Source: Planctomycetota bacterium (GTDB taxonomy: Bacteria; Planctomycetota; B15-G4). Taken from it: a stretch of 64,000 nt of DNA. The stretch lies in the NCBI GenBank assembly GCA_965248575.1, contig CBDFJQ010000002.1:416001-480000 (forward strand), in the 5' to 3' direction. A model generated the notes under the pieces. The model saw only the letters and a program-made list of their open reading frames with translations, was not told where the DNA came from and ran no database searches. Positions 48,127-57,966 of this stretch are shown here, in pieces. Numbering within the stretch: the first letter of the stretch is position 1; each line of letters opens with the position of its first letter. The translations under genes were made by a program, and so were the position numbers.

Positions 48127-48735
48127 ATGAAGAACCTGATCCTGATTCTCCTGCTGGTCATTGTCCTCCCGCTGTTGATCCTCGGCGGCATGGCCTGGAG
48201 TTCCCACAGCGGCCTCGTCGCCGGTGAAGAGACGGTGACGGCTTCCTGGAGCGAGATCGACAACCAATACAAGCGGCGCATGGACCTGATTCCACAGTTG
48301 GTGGAAACGGTCAAGGGCGTCGCTGAGTACGAACAGACGACCCTGCAGCAGGTGGTCGAAGCCCGTGCAAGCGTGGGGCGTGTGCAGCTGCCGGAAGGCT
48401 TGCCCACCGATTCGGCCCAGATGGAGGCCTACATCAGTGCCCAGCGCGGCCTGGGCGGAGCCCTCGGTCGGCTCTTCGCCGTGAGTGAGAACTACCCGGG
48501 GCTGCGTGCCACGGAGAGCTTCCTCTCACTCCAGGACCAGATCGAAGGGACGGAGAATCGCATCACGGTCGCCCGCGGTGATTTCATCCAGGCGGTCAAG
48601 GCCTACAACACCAAGGTGCGCCAGTTCCCCGGGAACGTCATGGCGGGCCTGCTCGGCTTCGAGCGGGCGGCAACCCTTCCCGCTGAAGAGGCGTCTCACG
48701 ACACGCCGGTGATCGACTTCGGCAAGGAGGGCTGA
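48127..48735 (+). CDS. lemA: LemA family protein
   Basis: WSEIDNQYKRRMDLIPQLVETVKG, ENYPGLRA, LQDQIEGTENRI, FPGN. Confidence 0.95.
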   Translation: MKNLILILLLVIVLPLLILGGMAWSSHSGLVAGEETVTASWSEIDNQYKRRMDLIPQLVETVKGVAEYEQTTLQQVVEARASVGRVQLPEGLPTDSAQMEAYISAQRGLGGALGRLFAVSENYPGLRATESFLSLQDQIEGTENRITVARGDFIQAVKAYNTKVRQFPGNVMAGLLGFERAATLPAEEASHDTPVIDFGKEG

Positions 48736-48739
48736 GGAC

Positions 48740-49534
48740 TTGCGTCCAGCTCTCAGAGTTCTCGTCGCCCTTGCCGTCAGTGTTCTGGTGTGCGCTTCGG
48801 CGGCTGCGTCGTGGCCGCCGGCTGATTTCGTCATTCCGGCCCACGACGGCTGGGTGACGGATACGGCAGGCATGCTGTCTGCTTCGGAGGAGTCCTCGCT
48901 CGAGGACCTGATGCAGTCGTACCAGTCGGGCACAGGGCATGACCTCGCGGTCCTCACCGTGCGTTCGCTGGACGGAGACGTGCTGGAGCAGGTGGCGCTG
49001 GACGTGGCCAGGAGTTGGAAGCTCGGGCGCGAGGGGAAGAACGATGGGGCTCTGCTGCTCGTCGTCGCCGACGAGCGTGTGATGCGCATCGAAGTGGGGT
49101 ACGGCTTGGAGGGTGGCCTGACGGATTCCATCGCGGGGCGCATCATCCGCAACGTCATCAAACCCCAGTTTCAGGCAGGCCGTTTCGGCGTCGGAATCCG
49201 CGCGGGCGTCGAGGCCATGCACGCCGCGATCGGTGGTGACTACGGCCCGATCGAGAAGGCGTCGCGGGGGCGATCTAGGGGCGGCATGGGTGTGATGTCA
49301 GCGCTCTTCTATCTGATCTTCTTCGGCATGATGGCAGGCCGCGGTGGGCGTCGGGGCCGCGGTGGGCGCGGCGGCAGCGGGCTGCTCTGGGGCTACTTCC
49401 TGGGACGCTCCTTTGGCCATGGTGGGGGCTTCGGAAGCAGCGGTGGGGGGAGCAGCTTCGGCGGCGGCAGCTCGTTCGGTGGGTTCGGCGGTGGTGGTGG
49501 CTTCGGCGGCGGCGGTTCTTCGGGAGGTTGGTGA
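48740..49534 (+). CDS. TPM-domain (YgcG-like) protein with Gly-rich tail
   Basis: VTDTAGML, WKLG, DGALLLV, RIEVGYGLEG, GGGGFGGGGSSGGW. Confidence 0.93.
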   Translation: MRPALRVLVALAVSVLVCASAAASWPPADFVIPAHDGWVTDTAGMLSASEESSLEDLMQSYQSGTGHDLAVLTVRSLDGDVLEQVALDVARSWKLGREGKNDGALLLVVADERVMRIEVGYGLEGGLTDSIAGRIIRNVIKPQFQAGRFGVGIRAGVEAMHAAIGGDYGPIEKASRGRSRGGMGVMSALFYLIFFGMMAGRGGRRGRGGRGGSGLLWGYFLGRSFGHGGGFGSSGGGSSFGGGSSFGGFGGGGGFGGGGSSGGW

Positions 49535-50346
49535 TGCGCTCGGGAAACGAATTTGCCTTCGGAGTGCTGGGCGTTCAGGACCCCGTCCAGGCACAGGACA
49601 GCTGGGAGCACGGACGCGCGTGGTGGGTCAGCCTGGGTGAGTTCGCGCCTTGGCTCCTGCTTGCAATCACGGTGGCCTTGGTCGTGCGCGCTTTGCTTCG
49701 GGCCCGTCGCTATCGCGCTGTTTCGGTCATGGGCGATGCAGAGTGCGAACAGGTTCACGAAGCGATCCGCCAGGCAGAGGCTCACACGGTGGGTGAGGTG
49801 GTGCCCGTTGTGGTCGAGCGTGCCGATCCGCACCCTGGTGCCGCGTGGGTTGCCTCCCTGTTCGGCGTCATCCTCGGCAGCACCTTGCTCGTTCACGTGT
49901 TGCCTTGGGGCAATCCATTCCAGTTGTTGCTGATACAGCTCGGCCTGGGTGCGACGGCGTTCTGCCTGACGCGCTGGCTCCCAGACCTGACTTGGGTGTT
50001 CATCCCTCGGCAACGGGCGGAAGCCGTGTGCCAGGAGCAGGCGTTCCAGGAGTTCTATCGCCTGGGGATGCAGAAGACCGAAGCTGCCACCGGTGTACTC
50101 ATCTTCGTCAGCCTGTTGGAGCATCAGGTGGTGGTCCTCGGTGACGAGGGCATCGATGCGGCCGTCTCGTCCGAGACCTGGGATCAGGTCGCCGAGGCGG
50201 CACTGAAACAGCTGGCCAAAGGCGACGTCGCAGGCGGGATGGTGGCTGCAGTGCAGGCCGTGGGCGCGGTGCTTCAGGAGCATGTGCCGTGGGAGCAGGG
50301 CGATCGCAATGAGTTGCCGGATCGCCTGATCGTGAGGCGAGAGTAG
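49534..50346 (+). CDS. TPM-domain membrane protein
   Basis: AEAHTVGEVV, TGVLIFVSLLEH, GDEGI, NELPD. Confidence 0.88.
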   Translation: MRSGNEFAFGVLGVQDPVQAQDSWEHGRAWWVSLGEFAPWLLLAITVALVVRALLRARRYRAVSVMGDAECEQVHEAIRQAEAHTVGEVVPVVVERADPHPGAAWVASLFGVILGSTLLVHVLPWGNPFQLLLIQLGLGATAFCLTRWLPDLTWVFIPRQRAEAVCQEQAFQEFYRLGMQKTEAATGVLIFVSLLEHQVVVLGDEGIDAAVSSETWDQVAEAALKQLAKGDVAGGMVAAVQAVGAVLQEHVPWEQGDRNELPDRLIVRRE

Positions 50347-50519
50347 GGCTTCTCGGCGAAATGGGGCCCGAAGAGGGACTTCAACCAGCGTCCTAGCCGT
50401 CACACGTCACCTGATCGGCGCTATCTCATGCCCTGGATCGGTGCCATGATGGGCTCTTCGGCGTTGACAGATTCGAGCTCTCCATGGGCCCCTCGCTGAA
50501 TGCACGAAGGAGATCAACA

Positions 50520-52716
50520 CATGCCACGGCTGACGCTGACCCACGAGTTCCATGCGACGGACGACGGGCGTCGCGATTCCGTACGAGCATCGAGCATCGT
50601 TGTGTTTGCTGTCCTGGCATTTGGCGTCCTGCCTTCATGGGCAATGGCCCAGCAGGTGGACCTGGAGACCAGTAAGGCGACCCAGGCGGAGGCCGAGTCG
50701 CTTCCGCAGATCGGTGCGAGCGCGAACGAGCCTGCGGACATCCTGCAGGGTGCCGGCGTACCCCTCGCTGGGGATCCTGATCGCTTGTTTGGCGACATCA
50801 CCCTGACGTCGGAGGAGGCCTTTCTCGACCTGCGTGCCGACACGAGAACCCTGGCACGTGTCTTGGGGCAGGTGTTGGTGGCTCGCGGGGCTGTCGGATT
50901 TGCCGAAGTGCTGCCATCCACGTGGTTCCAGGTGGACGACACCTGGATCCGCATTGAACCACTGCCCTACATTCAAGGTGCCTGGTCGCGGGTGCGCGTT
51001 CGCGTTGGAACCTTCAGCACCGAGCAGGAGCGCTTTCGCGCGGAAGACCTGCTCAGCGAGCTGGCCTTGCGCCTGGAAGCCGAGCTGAGTCTGAGCGGGG
51101 CGCAGTTTGCTGACGGCTATGACGGGAACCCCTCGCTGCCAGCAACCCAAGCGATCCAAGGCGGGTTCGGTGTCTCCAGCCTGACTCCCATCGGAGAAGC
51201 CGTGGCGGCGAGCACTCAGCAGCCGATTGAGGTCTACGTGCCCGTTGAAGTGAACAACATCACGTACGCCGACGATGGCTACGACGAGCCTGTCTACGGG
51301 TATTCCTCGTTCTACGGATACGGCGGTCCTGCGTATTCCTACTACTCGCCCTATGCCTACTGTTCGCCGTGGGCCTACGGCTGGCTGTCCTACAGCAACT
51401 GGTCCTATGGGTACCAGTACGGTTGGCATGGCTACAGCAGCTATTCGGCTTGGTGCAGCCCTGCATCCGGTTGGGGTTTCCATCCCTACGGCGCGTGGTG
51501 GAACGGATACCACTCGAGTTTCTGCGGCTGCTCCAGTTGCGTCGTCATCGTGAAGAACTACGACGACTACGACGACGGCTACGACGATGGCTACGACGAC
51601 GGCTACGACGACGGCAACGACGACGGCAACGGTGGCGGTGGCGGTGGCGGTGGCGGCAACGGTGGCGGTGGCGGTGGCGGCAACGGTGGCGGTGGCGGTG
51701 GCGGTGGCGGTGGCTTGGTGGCCGGCGGGCAACCGGCGAGCCCTGTTCGAGGGAGCGCGGAGACGTCACTGGGTTCAGCGACGCCCGGCACTCTTGGTAC
51801 ATCGACACGCGTGGTTTCGCTGGGTTCAGGCGACGGCCCCGCAAAACGCTCCTTGTCGGATTTGAACGGTGGGACGGCCGATTCGATCAGCCCGCCTTCC
51901 GATTCCGGAGGAACGCTGTCTCAGGGAGGATCGGTTACGGGCGGAACCGGCGGCTCCTTATCCGGATCCGGCGGCACGGGTCAGAGCGGGCGCTCGGGAG
52001 GGGATGCGGTCGTGGATTCGGGACCCCCGACGGAGCCTCCCACGAACCGCGGGTCGGGAACCTGGACGCCGACCGTGCGGACGGTGACGGCTCGAACGAT
52101 TCGCGTGGGCTCGCGTGGCACAACTCTCGAGACCATGCCTTCACTCCGGTCATCACTTCCGAGCCGCAGCGCCTCGGTCAGCCAATGGGGCGGTGCGAAC
52201 GACCGCCGCAGCCGTTCCACGTCGACATCCTCGGCGCCGATCATCCGCTCATCGTCTTCGTCCGTGGTGACGCGTGCCGTCGTCAACTCGCAGTCGAACA
52301 GTCGCAGCTCATCAACCGCAGGAACGCGGAAGGACGACGCCAGCACTCTCCAGCTTCCGCCGACCTCACGGAGCACGACAAGCTCCAGGACTTCGTCGAG
52401 TTCGACGAGCGGACGCACGACCCTGACACCGAGCACCAGTCGCGGTAGCCGGATCAGTCTCCCGTCCTCATCACGCTCGCTTCCGACATTCCGCTCATCA
52501 TCCCCGACTCCCTCCCGGACGACATCTGTGTCTACGAACCGGGGCTCCTCGGCGAGTCGCGGCAGTGCCTCGTCCTCGAGTTCGCGAGGGGCGTCGAGCT
52601 CGTCCTCCAGAAAGTCCGGGGGCTCCAAGAGTTCTGGACGCTCCGCGAGTTCTGGTCGATCTTCGTCCAGCAGCAAGGGGCGCTCGTCCAGCAGCGGGAA
52701 GCGCAAGCGGAAGTAG
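50520..52716 (+). CDS. Exported low-complexity hypothetical protein (Tyr/Gly-rich, DDGY repeats, poly-Gly, Ser/Arg tail); ATG after AAGGAG at about 50521
   Basis: 2.2 kb ORF with strong RBS, signal-like helix, blocky composition. Confidence 0.75.
51559..51714 (+). repeat. 12-bp TACGACGACGGC repeats followed by GGTGGC hexamer arrays
   Basis: Encodes (Y/N)DDG x5 and three poly-Gly runs separated by Asn. Confidence 0.92.
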
Positions 52717-52742
52717 TCAGCTATACGGCGCTTGGGCTCACT

Positions 52743-53129
52743 CTATTCGCTTTCGCCAATGGCGACTGCTGCCGCCATGCCACCGTCGTGGGTGATGCTG
52801 ATATGGATCTGGGTGATGCCGCGGCCCGAGGCGATGCGCTCCGCGGCGCCGTGAAGCTGGACCGTCGGGGCTTGCCCGGGAAGTCGTACGACTTCGATGT
52901 CCACCCAGCGCACACCCTGCGCCCAGCCGGTCCCCAGCATCTTCATCACCGCTTCCTTCACCGCGAATCGACCCGCATAGCTCGATGAGGCCGTTCGGGC
53001 TCGAGCGTCACAGTAGGCGCGCTCACCTTCGCTGAACACCCGCTCCAGGAAGCGTCGGCCCCTGCGTGCAATGACATCGTCGATGCGATCAATGCGGGCC
53101 AAATCGATACCGAGTGCAACGACAGACAT
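52743..53129 (-). CDS. acpS: Holo-[acyl-carrier-protein] synthase
   Basis: GIDL, RVFS..E, AGRFAVKEAVMK.LGTG, HISITHD. Confidence 0.95.
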   Translation of the reverse strand: MSVVALGIDLARIDRIDDVIARRGRRFLERVFSEGERAYCDARARTASSSYAGRFAVKEAVMKMLGTGWAQGVRWVDIEVVRLPGQAPTVQLHGAAERIASGRGITQIHISITHDGGMAAAVAIGESE

Positions 53130-53284
53130 GCGCGAACTCGCCAGGTGCGTGACGGGAGCCGGACATGGTGCCGGAGTGAGGCGCCGGTCGCCAGCGAGCT
53201 GGGCACGGGCTGGGTCCTTGCTTCCGGCCGGGCAACCCAGTCTGATCTCTGTCCGGCCGTCCAAACTGCACCCGATCCGGAGAC

Positions 53285-53755
53285 TTGGCGTTGAACATCC
53301 GCTCAGCAGGCCCCACTGACGTCGACGTCCTGGTGCGCTTCAATGCAGCTCTGGCTTCGGAAACCGAGGACAGGCAGCTCGACCTGGATCTCCTGCGGGC
53401 AGGCGTCGAGACATTGCTCGCCGATGGAGCCAAGGGGCGCTACCTCATCGCGGAACGCGCAGGCGAAGTGCTCGGCGCCCTGGCCGTCACGACGGAGTGG
53501 AGTGATTGGCGCAACGGTTGGTTCTGGTGGGTCCAGAGCGTCTATGTGGATGCATCAGCCCGCAGGCAAGGTGTCTACAGCGCTCTCTATGAGGCTGTGC
53601 TGAGAGACGCCAAGAACGATCCGAAAGTTTGCGGAGTCCGCCTGTACGTGGAGCGGGAGAACGACCGCGCTCGCCAGACCTACGCCCAGATGGGCATGCA
53701 GGAAACCGCGTACCGACTCTACGAAGTGGACTTCAGGCAAAGCGCGGGAAGCTGA
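53285..53755 (+). CDS. GNAT family N-acetyltransferase
   Basis: EWSDWRNG.FWWVQSVYV, RRQGVY, RLYVERENDRA..TY..MGM. Confidence 0.92.
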   Translation: MALNIRSAGPTDVDVLVRFNAALASETEDRQLDLDLLRAGVETLLADGAKGRYLIAERAGEVLGALAVTTEWSDWRNGWFWWVQSVYVDASARRQGVYSALYEAVLRDAKNDPKVCGVRLYVERENDRARQTYAQMGMQETAYRLYEVDFRQSAGS

Positions 53756-53788
53756 GCATCGCGCCGGATCGTGGTTGCACGGGGCTGC

Positions 53789-55588
53789 TCATGGGTCCCC
53801 GAGAGTGGGGCGCTTCAAGTGAGCATTGCCCGCGCGCTGCCAGGCTGCAGCGACTGCGAGCAAGGTGGTCTCATCGAACAGCCGTCCGGTGAAGCTCAGC
53901 GCGAAGGGCGTCCCATCGTCGGCGAAGCCCGCAGGGGCCACCGCAACGGGGTGACCAGTGTGGTTGGTGATGAGCAGATTGTTGGCGGCGAAAGGCGCAT
54001 GCACCAAGACGTCCACCTGGGCCATCACCGCGTCCATCTCAAGCATCACCAGGGACCTTCTGCGGGAGGCATTGATGTAGTCGACGGCGGGCAAGAGCTG
54101 CGTGGCTCTCCAGAGGTTGGGCCAGGCTTGGGGTGCCTGCCAGGCGAGCTCATCATCGGCATTGCTGCGCGTCAATTCGTCGAAGGCAGCTGCCGACTCT
54201 GCCATGAGCATCGCGTTGAGGTTCGCTGACGAGACGTCTGGAAGTTCGACCTCGACCAGCTTGAGGCCGAGGGCGCGCAGCTCTTCGAGGGTTCCCTCGC
54301 CAAGTGGGAACCCCTCGAACGCACCCATGGGCACGCCCACCACGAGCCCTTCGACGGAGGCATGGCCGGGGACGTCGAACGGCAGGTCGTGCACAGTCGG
54401 ATCCAGGCCATCTGGCCCGTGCAGCACGTCGAAGACGAGGGCAGCACCGTCCAGGCTACGAGCCATGGGGCCGAGCTTGTCCATGGACCAGACGAGTGGC
54501 ATGGCGCCATGCCGGCTCACGCGCCCGAAGGTGGGGCGCAGCGACGAGACTCCGCAGCGGTTGCTCGGGGAGACAAGCGAACCATAGGTCTCGGAGCCGA
54601 TCGCAAAGGGCACGGCTCCTGCGGCCACGGCGGATGCGGGACCCGCTGACGAACCGCTTGAGCCCTGCTCAGGCTTCCACGGGTTGCGGGTCGTTCCCTC
54701 GAACCAGATGTCCCCGTAGGCCAAGGCGCCCAGGCTCAACTTCGCGATCAGAACCGCGCCTGCTTCGTCCAAGCGACGAACGACGGTCGCATCCACGTCG
54801 ATCACCTGGTCCTTGTAGGGAGCGGCACCCCAAGTGGTGCGGGTCTGTTTGACCGCAAGGAGGTCCTTCGCTCCCCAGGGGATGCCGTGCAAGGGGCCTC
54901 GCCAGTGGCCGGCTTCGAGTTCGGCATCCAGCACCCTGGCCTGCGCGAGCGCTCGTTCTTCGGTGAAGCTCACGACGCAATGAAGTTGGGGGTCGAGGCG
55001 TCGGAGGCGGGCGATGAAGAACTCTGCAAGTTCCTCGCAGGAGATAGCCCTGGCCCGGATCCAGCGCGAGAGCGTTGGGATGTCCGCAAAGGCGAGGTCG
55101 TCGGGGGACTTGGGGCGAGCGACGTCCTGTGAACCTGGCTCGGATTCAGGCTCCCCGATCAGGCTCGGACCCAGCTCTGCGAGGCGGCTTGGGCGATAGG
55201 GGATGCCTGGAGCCAAGGGGGTGAACTGGATCGCTGGCAGCACGTCGTGAGCCAAGGGGAGCGTGCGGCTCTGAAGGCTCTGGGCGCGCATGCTGCGCAG
55301 CTCCATCAGCATCGCAGCCAGCTCGGTCTCGGTGTATTCGAGGCCGACAACCTGGGCGGCCGCTGCCGCGGTTTCCATGCTGACCGGTTCCGGCTCTGAT
55401 TCGGCCTGGACGAACAGTCCGTCAGCCGTGGGCGATGCCAGGAAGAGGCCGAGCACCAGGACAGCCGGTCGCACGAGAACGGCACGCCAGTGAGCGGCTG
55501 GGCTAGGCAGAGCAGGGCCCCTGGGCCGGCTCTCCATGGTCTTGGGCACAGCTGATTCGGTCTGGATCTCGATCTCGATTTCGATCAT
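53789..55588 (-). CDS. Amidase signature family protein (start may be 55537)
   Basis: GPLHGIPWGAKD, GSSGSSAG, GSETYGSLVSP, LRPTFGRV. Confidence 0.93.
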   Translation of the reverse strand: MIEIEIEIQTESAVPKTMESRPRGPALPSPAAHWRAVLVRPAVLVLGLFLASPTADGLFVQAESEPEPVSMETAAAAAQVVGLEYTETELAAMLMELRSMRAQSLQSRTLPLAHDVLPAIQFTPLAPGIPYRPSRLAELGPSLIGEPESEPGSQDVARPKSPDDLAFADIPTLSRWIRARAISCEELAEFFIARLRRLDPQLHCVVSFTEERALAQARVLDAELEAGHWRGPLHGIPWGAKDLLAVKQTRTTWGAAPYKDQVIDVDATVVRRLDEAGAVLIAKLSLGALAYGDIWFEGTTRNPWKPEQGSSGSSAGPASAVAAGAVPFAIGSETYGSLVSPSNRCGVSSLRPTFGRVSRHGAMPLVWSMDKLGPMARSLDGAALVFDVLHGPDGLDPTVHDLPFDVPGHASVEGLVVGVPMGAFEGFPLGEGTLEELRALGLKLVEVELPDVSSANLNAMLMAESAAAFDELTRSNADDELAWQAPQAWPNLWRATQLLPAVDYINASRRRSLVMLEMDAVMAQVDVLVHAPFAANNLLITNHTGHPVAVAPAGFADDGTPFALSFTGRLFDETTLLAVAAAWQRAGNAHLKRPTLGDP

Positions 55589-55645
55589 GCGCCCACGGTA
55601 CGGACGGACAGGAAGCCAGGCGAGCGGGACCCTGCGAATGCTGGA

Positions 55646-57712
55646 TCAGGAAGCAGCTTTCTTGCGTGGCGCGCGCTTCTGGGTCGCCTTCTTGCCCGTG
55701 CCCTTGCGCTCCCGGCTGGGGGCGGTTGCCTTTCGCAATCCGGGCGCCTCTTCCTTCTGCTTGGGGCGAGCGGGACGCCAGCCTTCGGGCGGATCCTCAC
55801 CCGTCATCTCAAACAGGAAGCGGGACGTCATGGCTTCGGCGCGGGTCCCGAACTTGGACCGTGAGCCAGCCCGTGTGATGACGAGGCGCTTCTGGGCTCG
55901 CGTGATGCCCACGTACATGAGGCGTCGCTCTTCGTCGACGGTGTCTTCTTCCACGGAACGCTGGTGGGGCAACAGGCCCTCCTCGGCGCCCACGAGATAG
56001 ACCTCCGGGTACTCCAATCCCTTGGCGGCGTGCAACGTCATGAGCGTGACGGCGTTGCGCTTGCTGGGGTCTTCCGATGTGGAGTCGTCCTGGGCGAGGG
56101 CGATGCGTTGGAGGAACTCCGTCAAACGTGGCTTGGCTGCGCGAGTGACGTAGTTCTCCGCCATGTCGAAGACTTCGAGCACGCTATTCCAGCGGTCGCG
56201 CCGGGTGCGCTCATCGGGGTAGCAACGATCGACTTCGGCGCGATAGCTGACGTCATCCAGCATGCGCCCGATGCGGTTCACGAGGTCGTCCGTTGGTTCG
56301 GGGTCCCTGTGCATGTCGAGCACCCTGAGCAGCTCGCTGAGCGCCTCGTGGGCGAGCGGTTTGAACACGCCTTCCTTCAGGGCGCGCTTGGCGGCATAGA
56401 AGGCGCTCTCCCCGTGCTCCGTGGCGACGGCGATCAGCTTGTCCACCGTGCCCTTGCCGATGCCCCGCGCCGGTCGGTTGATGATGCGCAAGAGGGAGAC
56501 TTCGTCCTCGGGATTGGCGAGCAGCCTCAGGTAGGCCAGGACGTCGCGGATCTCCTTGCGGTCGAAGAAAGATTGCCCGCCCACGAGGATGTAGGGCACG
56601 TTCTCGGCGCGAAGCTGCGTTTCCAAGGGGCGCGGCTGCTGCTGGGTGCGGTAGAGGATGGCAAAATCCCCTGCGGTGGCCACACCAGAGCGGACCCGCC
56701 TGCAGATGTCCGTCACCACGAAGTGGGCTTCTTCGATCTCGTCGTCGCAGGCGATGACCTCGGGTGGGCTCCCCGCAGCCTGCGCCGAGCGCAGCGTCTT
56801 GCCGTGCCGGCTGGTGTTGTGTGCGATGACCTTGTTGGCCGCGTTCAGGATGTGGCCGGTGGAGCGGTAGTTGGTCTCGAGTCGAATGACCGTGGCGCCC
56901 GGGAAGTCGTTCTCGAAGCCCAGGATCTTCTCGACGTCTGCGCCACGCCAGCCATAGATGGACTGGTCGTCGTCGCCCACGACGCACAGGTTCCGATGCG
57001 CCTCCGCAATGCTCAGGACGATCTCGTACTGGGGGCCGTTCGTGTCCTGGTACTCGTCCACCATGATGTAGCGATAGCGGTCCTGGAACTCCCCGCGCAC
57101 GGCGTCGTTCTTCTTGAGCAGGTTGCGTGTCAGCAGCAAGAGGTCGTCGAAGTCCACGCTGCGTTGCCGGCGCAGCAGCTCGTCGTAGCGCACGTAGATC
57201 CGGCCGAGCAGCTCCTCCTTGTCGTCGCAAGCGGAGGCCAGCAAGTCGTGTGCCGAGACGAGCTGGTTCTTCAGCAGCGAGATGCGGCTGTTCGCGAACG
57301 AGGGGTGCAGGGAGGTGTCGGCCACGCGCAGCTCACGCATGGCGGTCTTCACGGCCGCCAGCTGATCCGAGGCGTCGCAGATGGCGAAGTTCGTCGGGAG
57401 GCCCAAGGCCGGCGCATGTTCACGCAGCGTCTTGGCGCAGAAGGAGTGGAAGGTGCCAATGGTCAACTCAGCAGCCAGCTTCTTGCCGACGATGGCTGAG
57501 ATGCGTTGCCGCATTTCACGCGCCGCCTTGTTGGTGAAGGTGACACCGAGGATCTGATGCGGGTGCACCCCCTCTGCCAGCAAGTAGGCGGTGCGCACGG
57601 TGATGACCCGGGTCTTGCCGGTACCCGCCCCGGCAAGCACGAGCACCGGGCCCAGGGTGGTGATGACCGCTTGGTGCTGCTCGGGGTTCAGGCCGGCGAG
57701 GAGATTGACCAC
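55646..57712 (-). CDS. UvrD/Rep/PcrA superfamily 1 DNA helicase
   Basis: AGAGTGKT, TFTNKAA, DEYQD, GDDDQSIY, NYRS, TLHAAKGLE, EERRLMYVGITRA. Confidence 0.96.
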   Translation of the reverse strand: MVNLLAGLNPEQHQAVITTLGPVLVLAGAGTGKTRVITVRTAYLLAEGVHPHQILGVTFTNKAAREMRQRISAIVGKKLAAELTIGTFHSFCAKTLREHAPALGLPTNFAICDASDQLAAVKTAMRELRVADTSLHPSFANSRISLLKNQLVSAHDLLASACDDKEELLGRIYVRYDELLRRQRSVDFDDLLLLTRNLLKKNDAVRGEFQDRYRYIMVDEYQDTNGPQYEIVLSIAEAHRNLCVVGDDDQSIYGWRGADVEKILGFENDFPGATVIRLETNYRSTGHILNAANKVIAHNTSRHGKTLRSAQAAGSPPEVIACDDEIEEAHFVVTDICRRVRSGVATAGDFAILYRTQQQPRPLETQLRAENVPYILVGGQSFFDRKEIRDVLAYLRLLANPEDEVSLLRIINRPARGIGKGTVDKLIAVATEHGESAFYAAKRALKEGVFKPLAHEALSELLRVLDMHRDPEPTDDLVNRIGRMLDDVSYRAEVDRCYPDERTRRDRWNSVLEVFDMAENYVTRAAKPRLTEFLQRIALAQDDSTSEDPSKRNAVTLMTLHAAKGLEYPEVYLVGAEEGLLPHQRSVEEDTVDEERRLMYVGITRAQKRLVITRAGSRSKFGTRAEAMTSRFLFEMTGEDPPEGWRPARPKQKEEAPGLRKATAPSRERKGTGKKATQKRAPRKKAAS

Positions 57713-57839
57713 AGGTGAGACGTCTCATGGAGGGGGGAGGCGCTGGACCCTAGGGCTCAGGGCGCATCGATCAAGCCGTTGAATCCGGGGCCACGGTATG
57801 TACCTCATGGCTTGACTTCTGCCCTTGATCGGCTAATAG

Positions 57840-57877
57840 TCTCTATATCTCTTCATGCGGATGGAGAGATATAGAGA
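57840..57877. promoter_or_regulatory. 17-bp-arm inverted repeat, candidate operator of SahR-like regulator, next to a putative sigma70 promoter (TTGACT 57812, TAATAG 57834)
   Basis: TCTCTATATCTCTTCAT-gcgg-ATGGAGAGATATAGAGA, one mismatch. Confidence 0.65.
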
Positions 57878-57966
57878 GTGTGAAGGGCAGCTCCAGAGCT
57901 GCTGAACCGCAGAGCCATGCTTCCAAAGGCCACCCAGATCCTCGCTTCCCCTGACAGCCCGCGCTC

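Noticed and set aside
51559..51714. Repeats as CRISPR or a phase-variation tract
   Set aside because: Units are multiples of 3 inside a CDS, so length change does not frameshift; no spacers
55565..55588. IEIEIEI hexamer repeat at the amidase N-terminus
   Set aside because: Very short and possibly upstream of the true start (55537); no function supportable
57713..57966. SAM or cobalamin riboswitch upstream of the metH operon
   Set aside because: No recognisable riboswitch consensus by eye; a protein operator explains the inverted repeat better (an Rfam scan would settle it)
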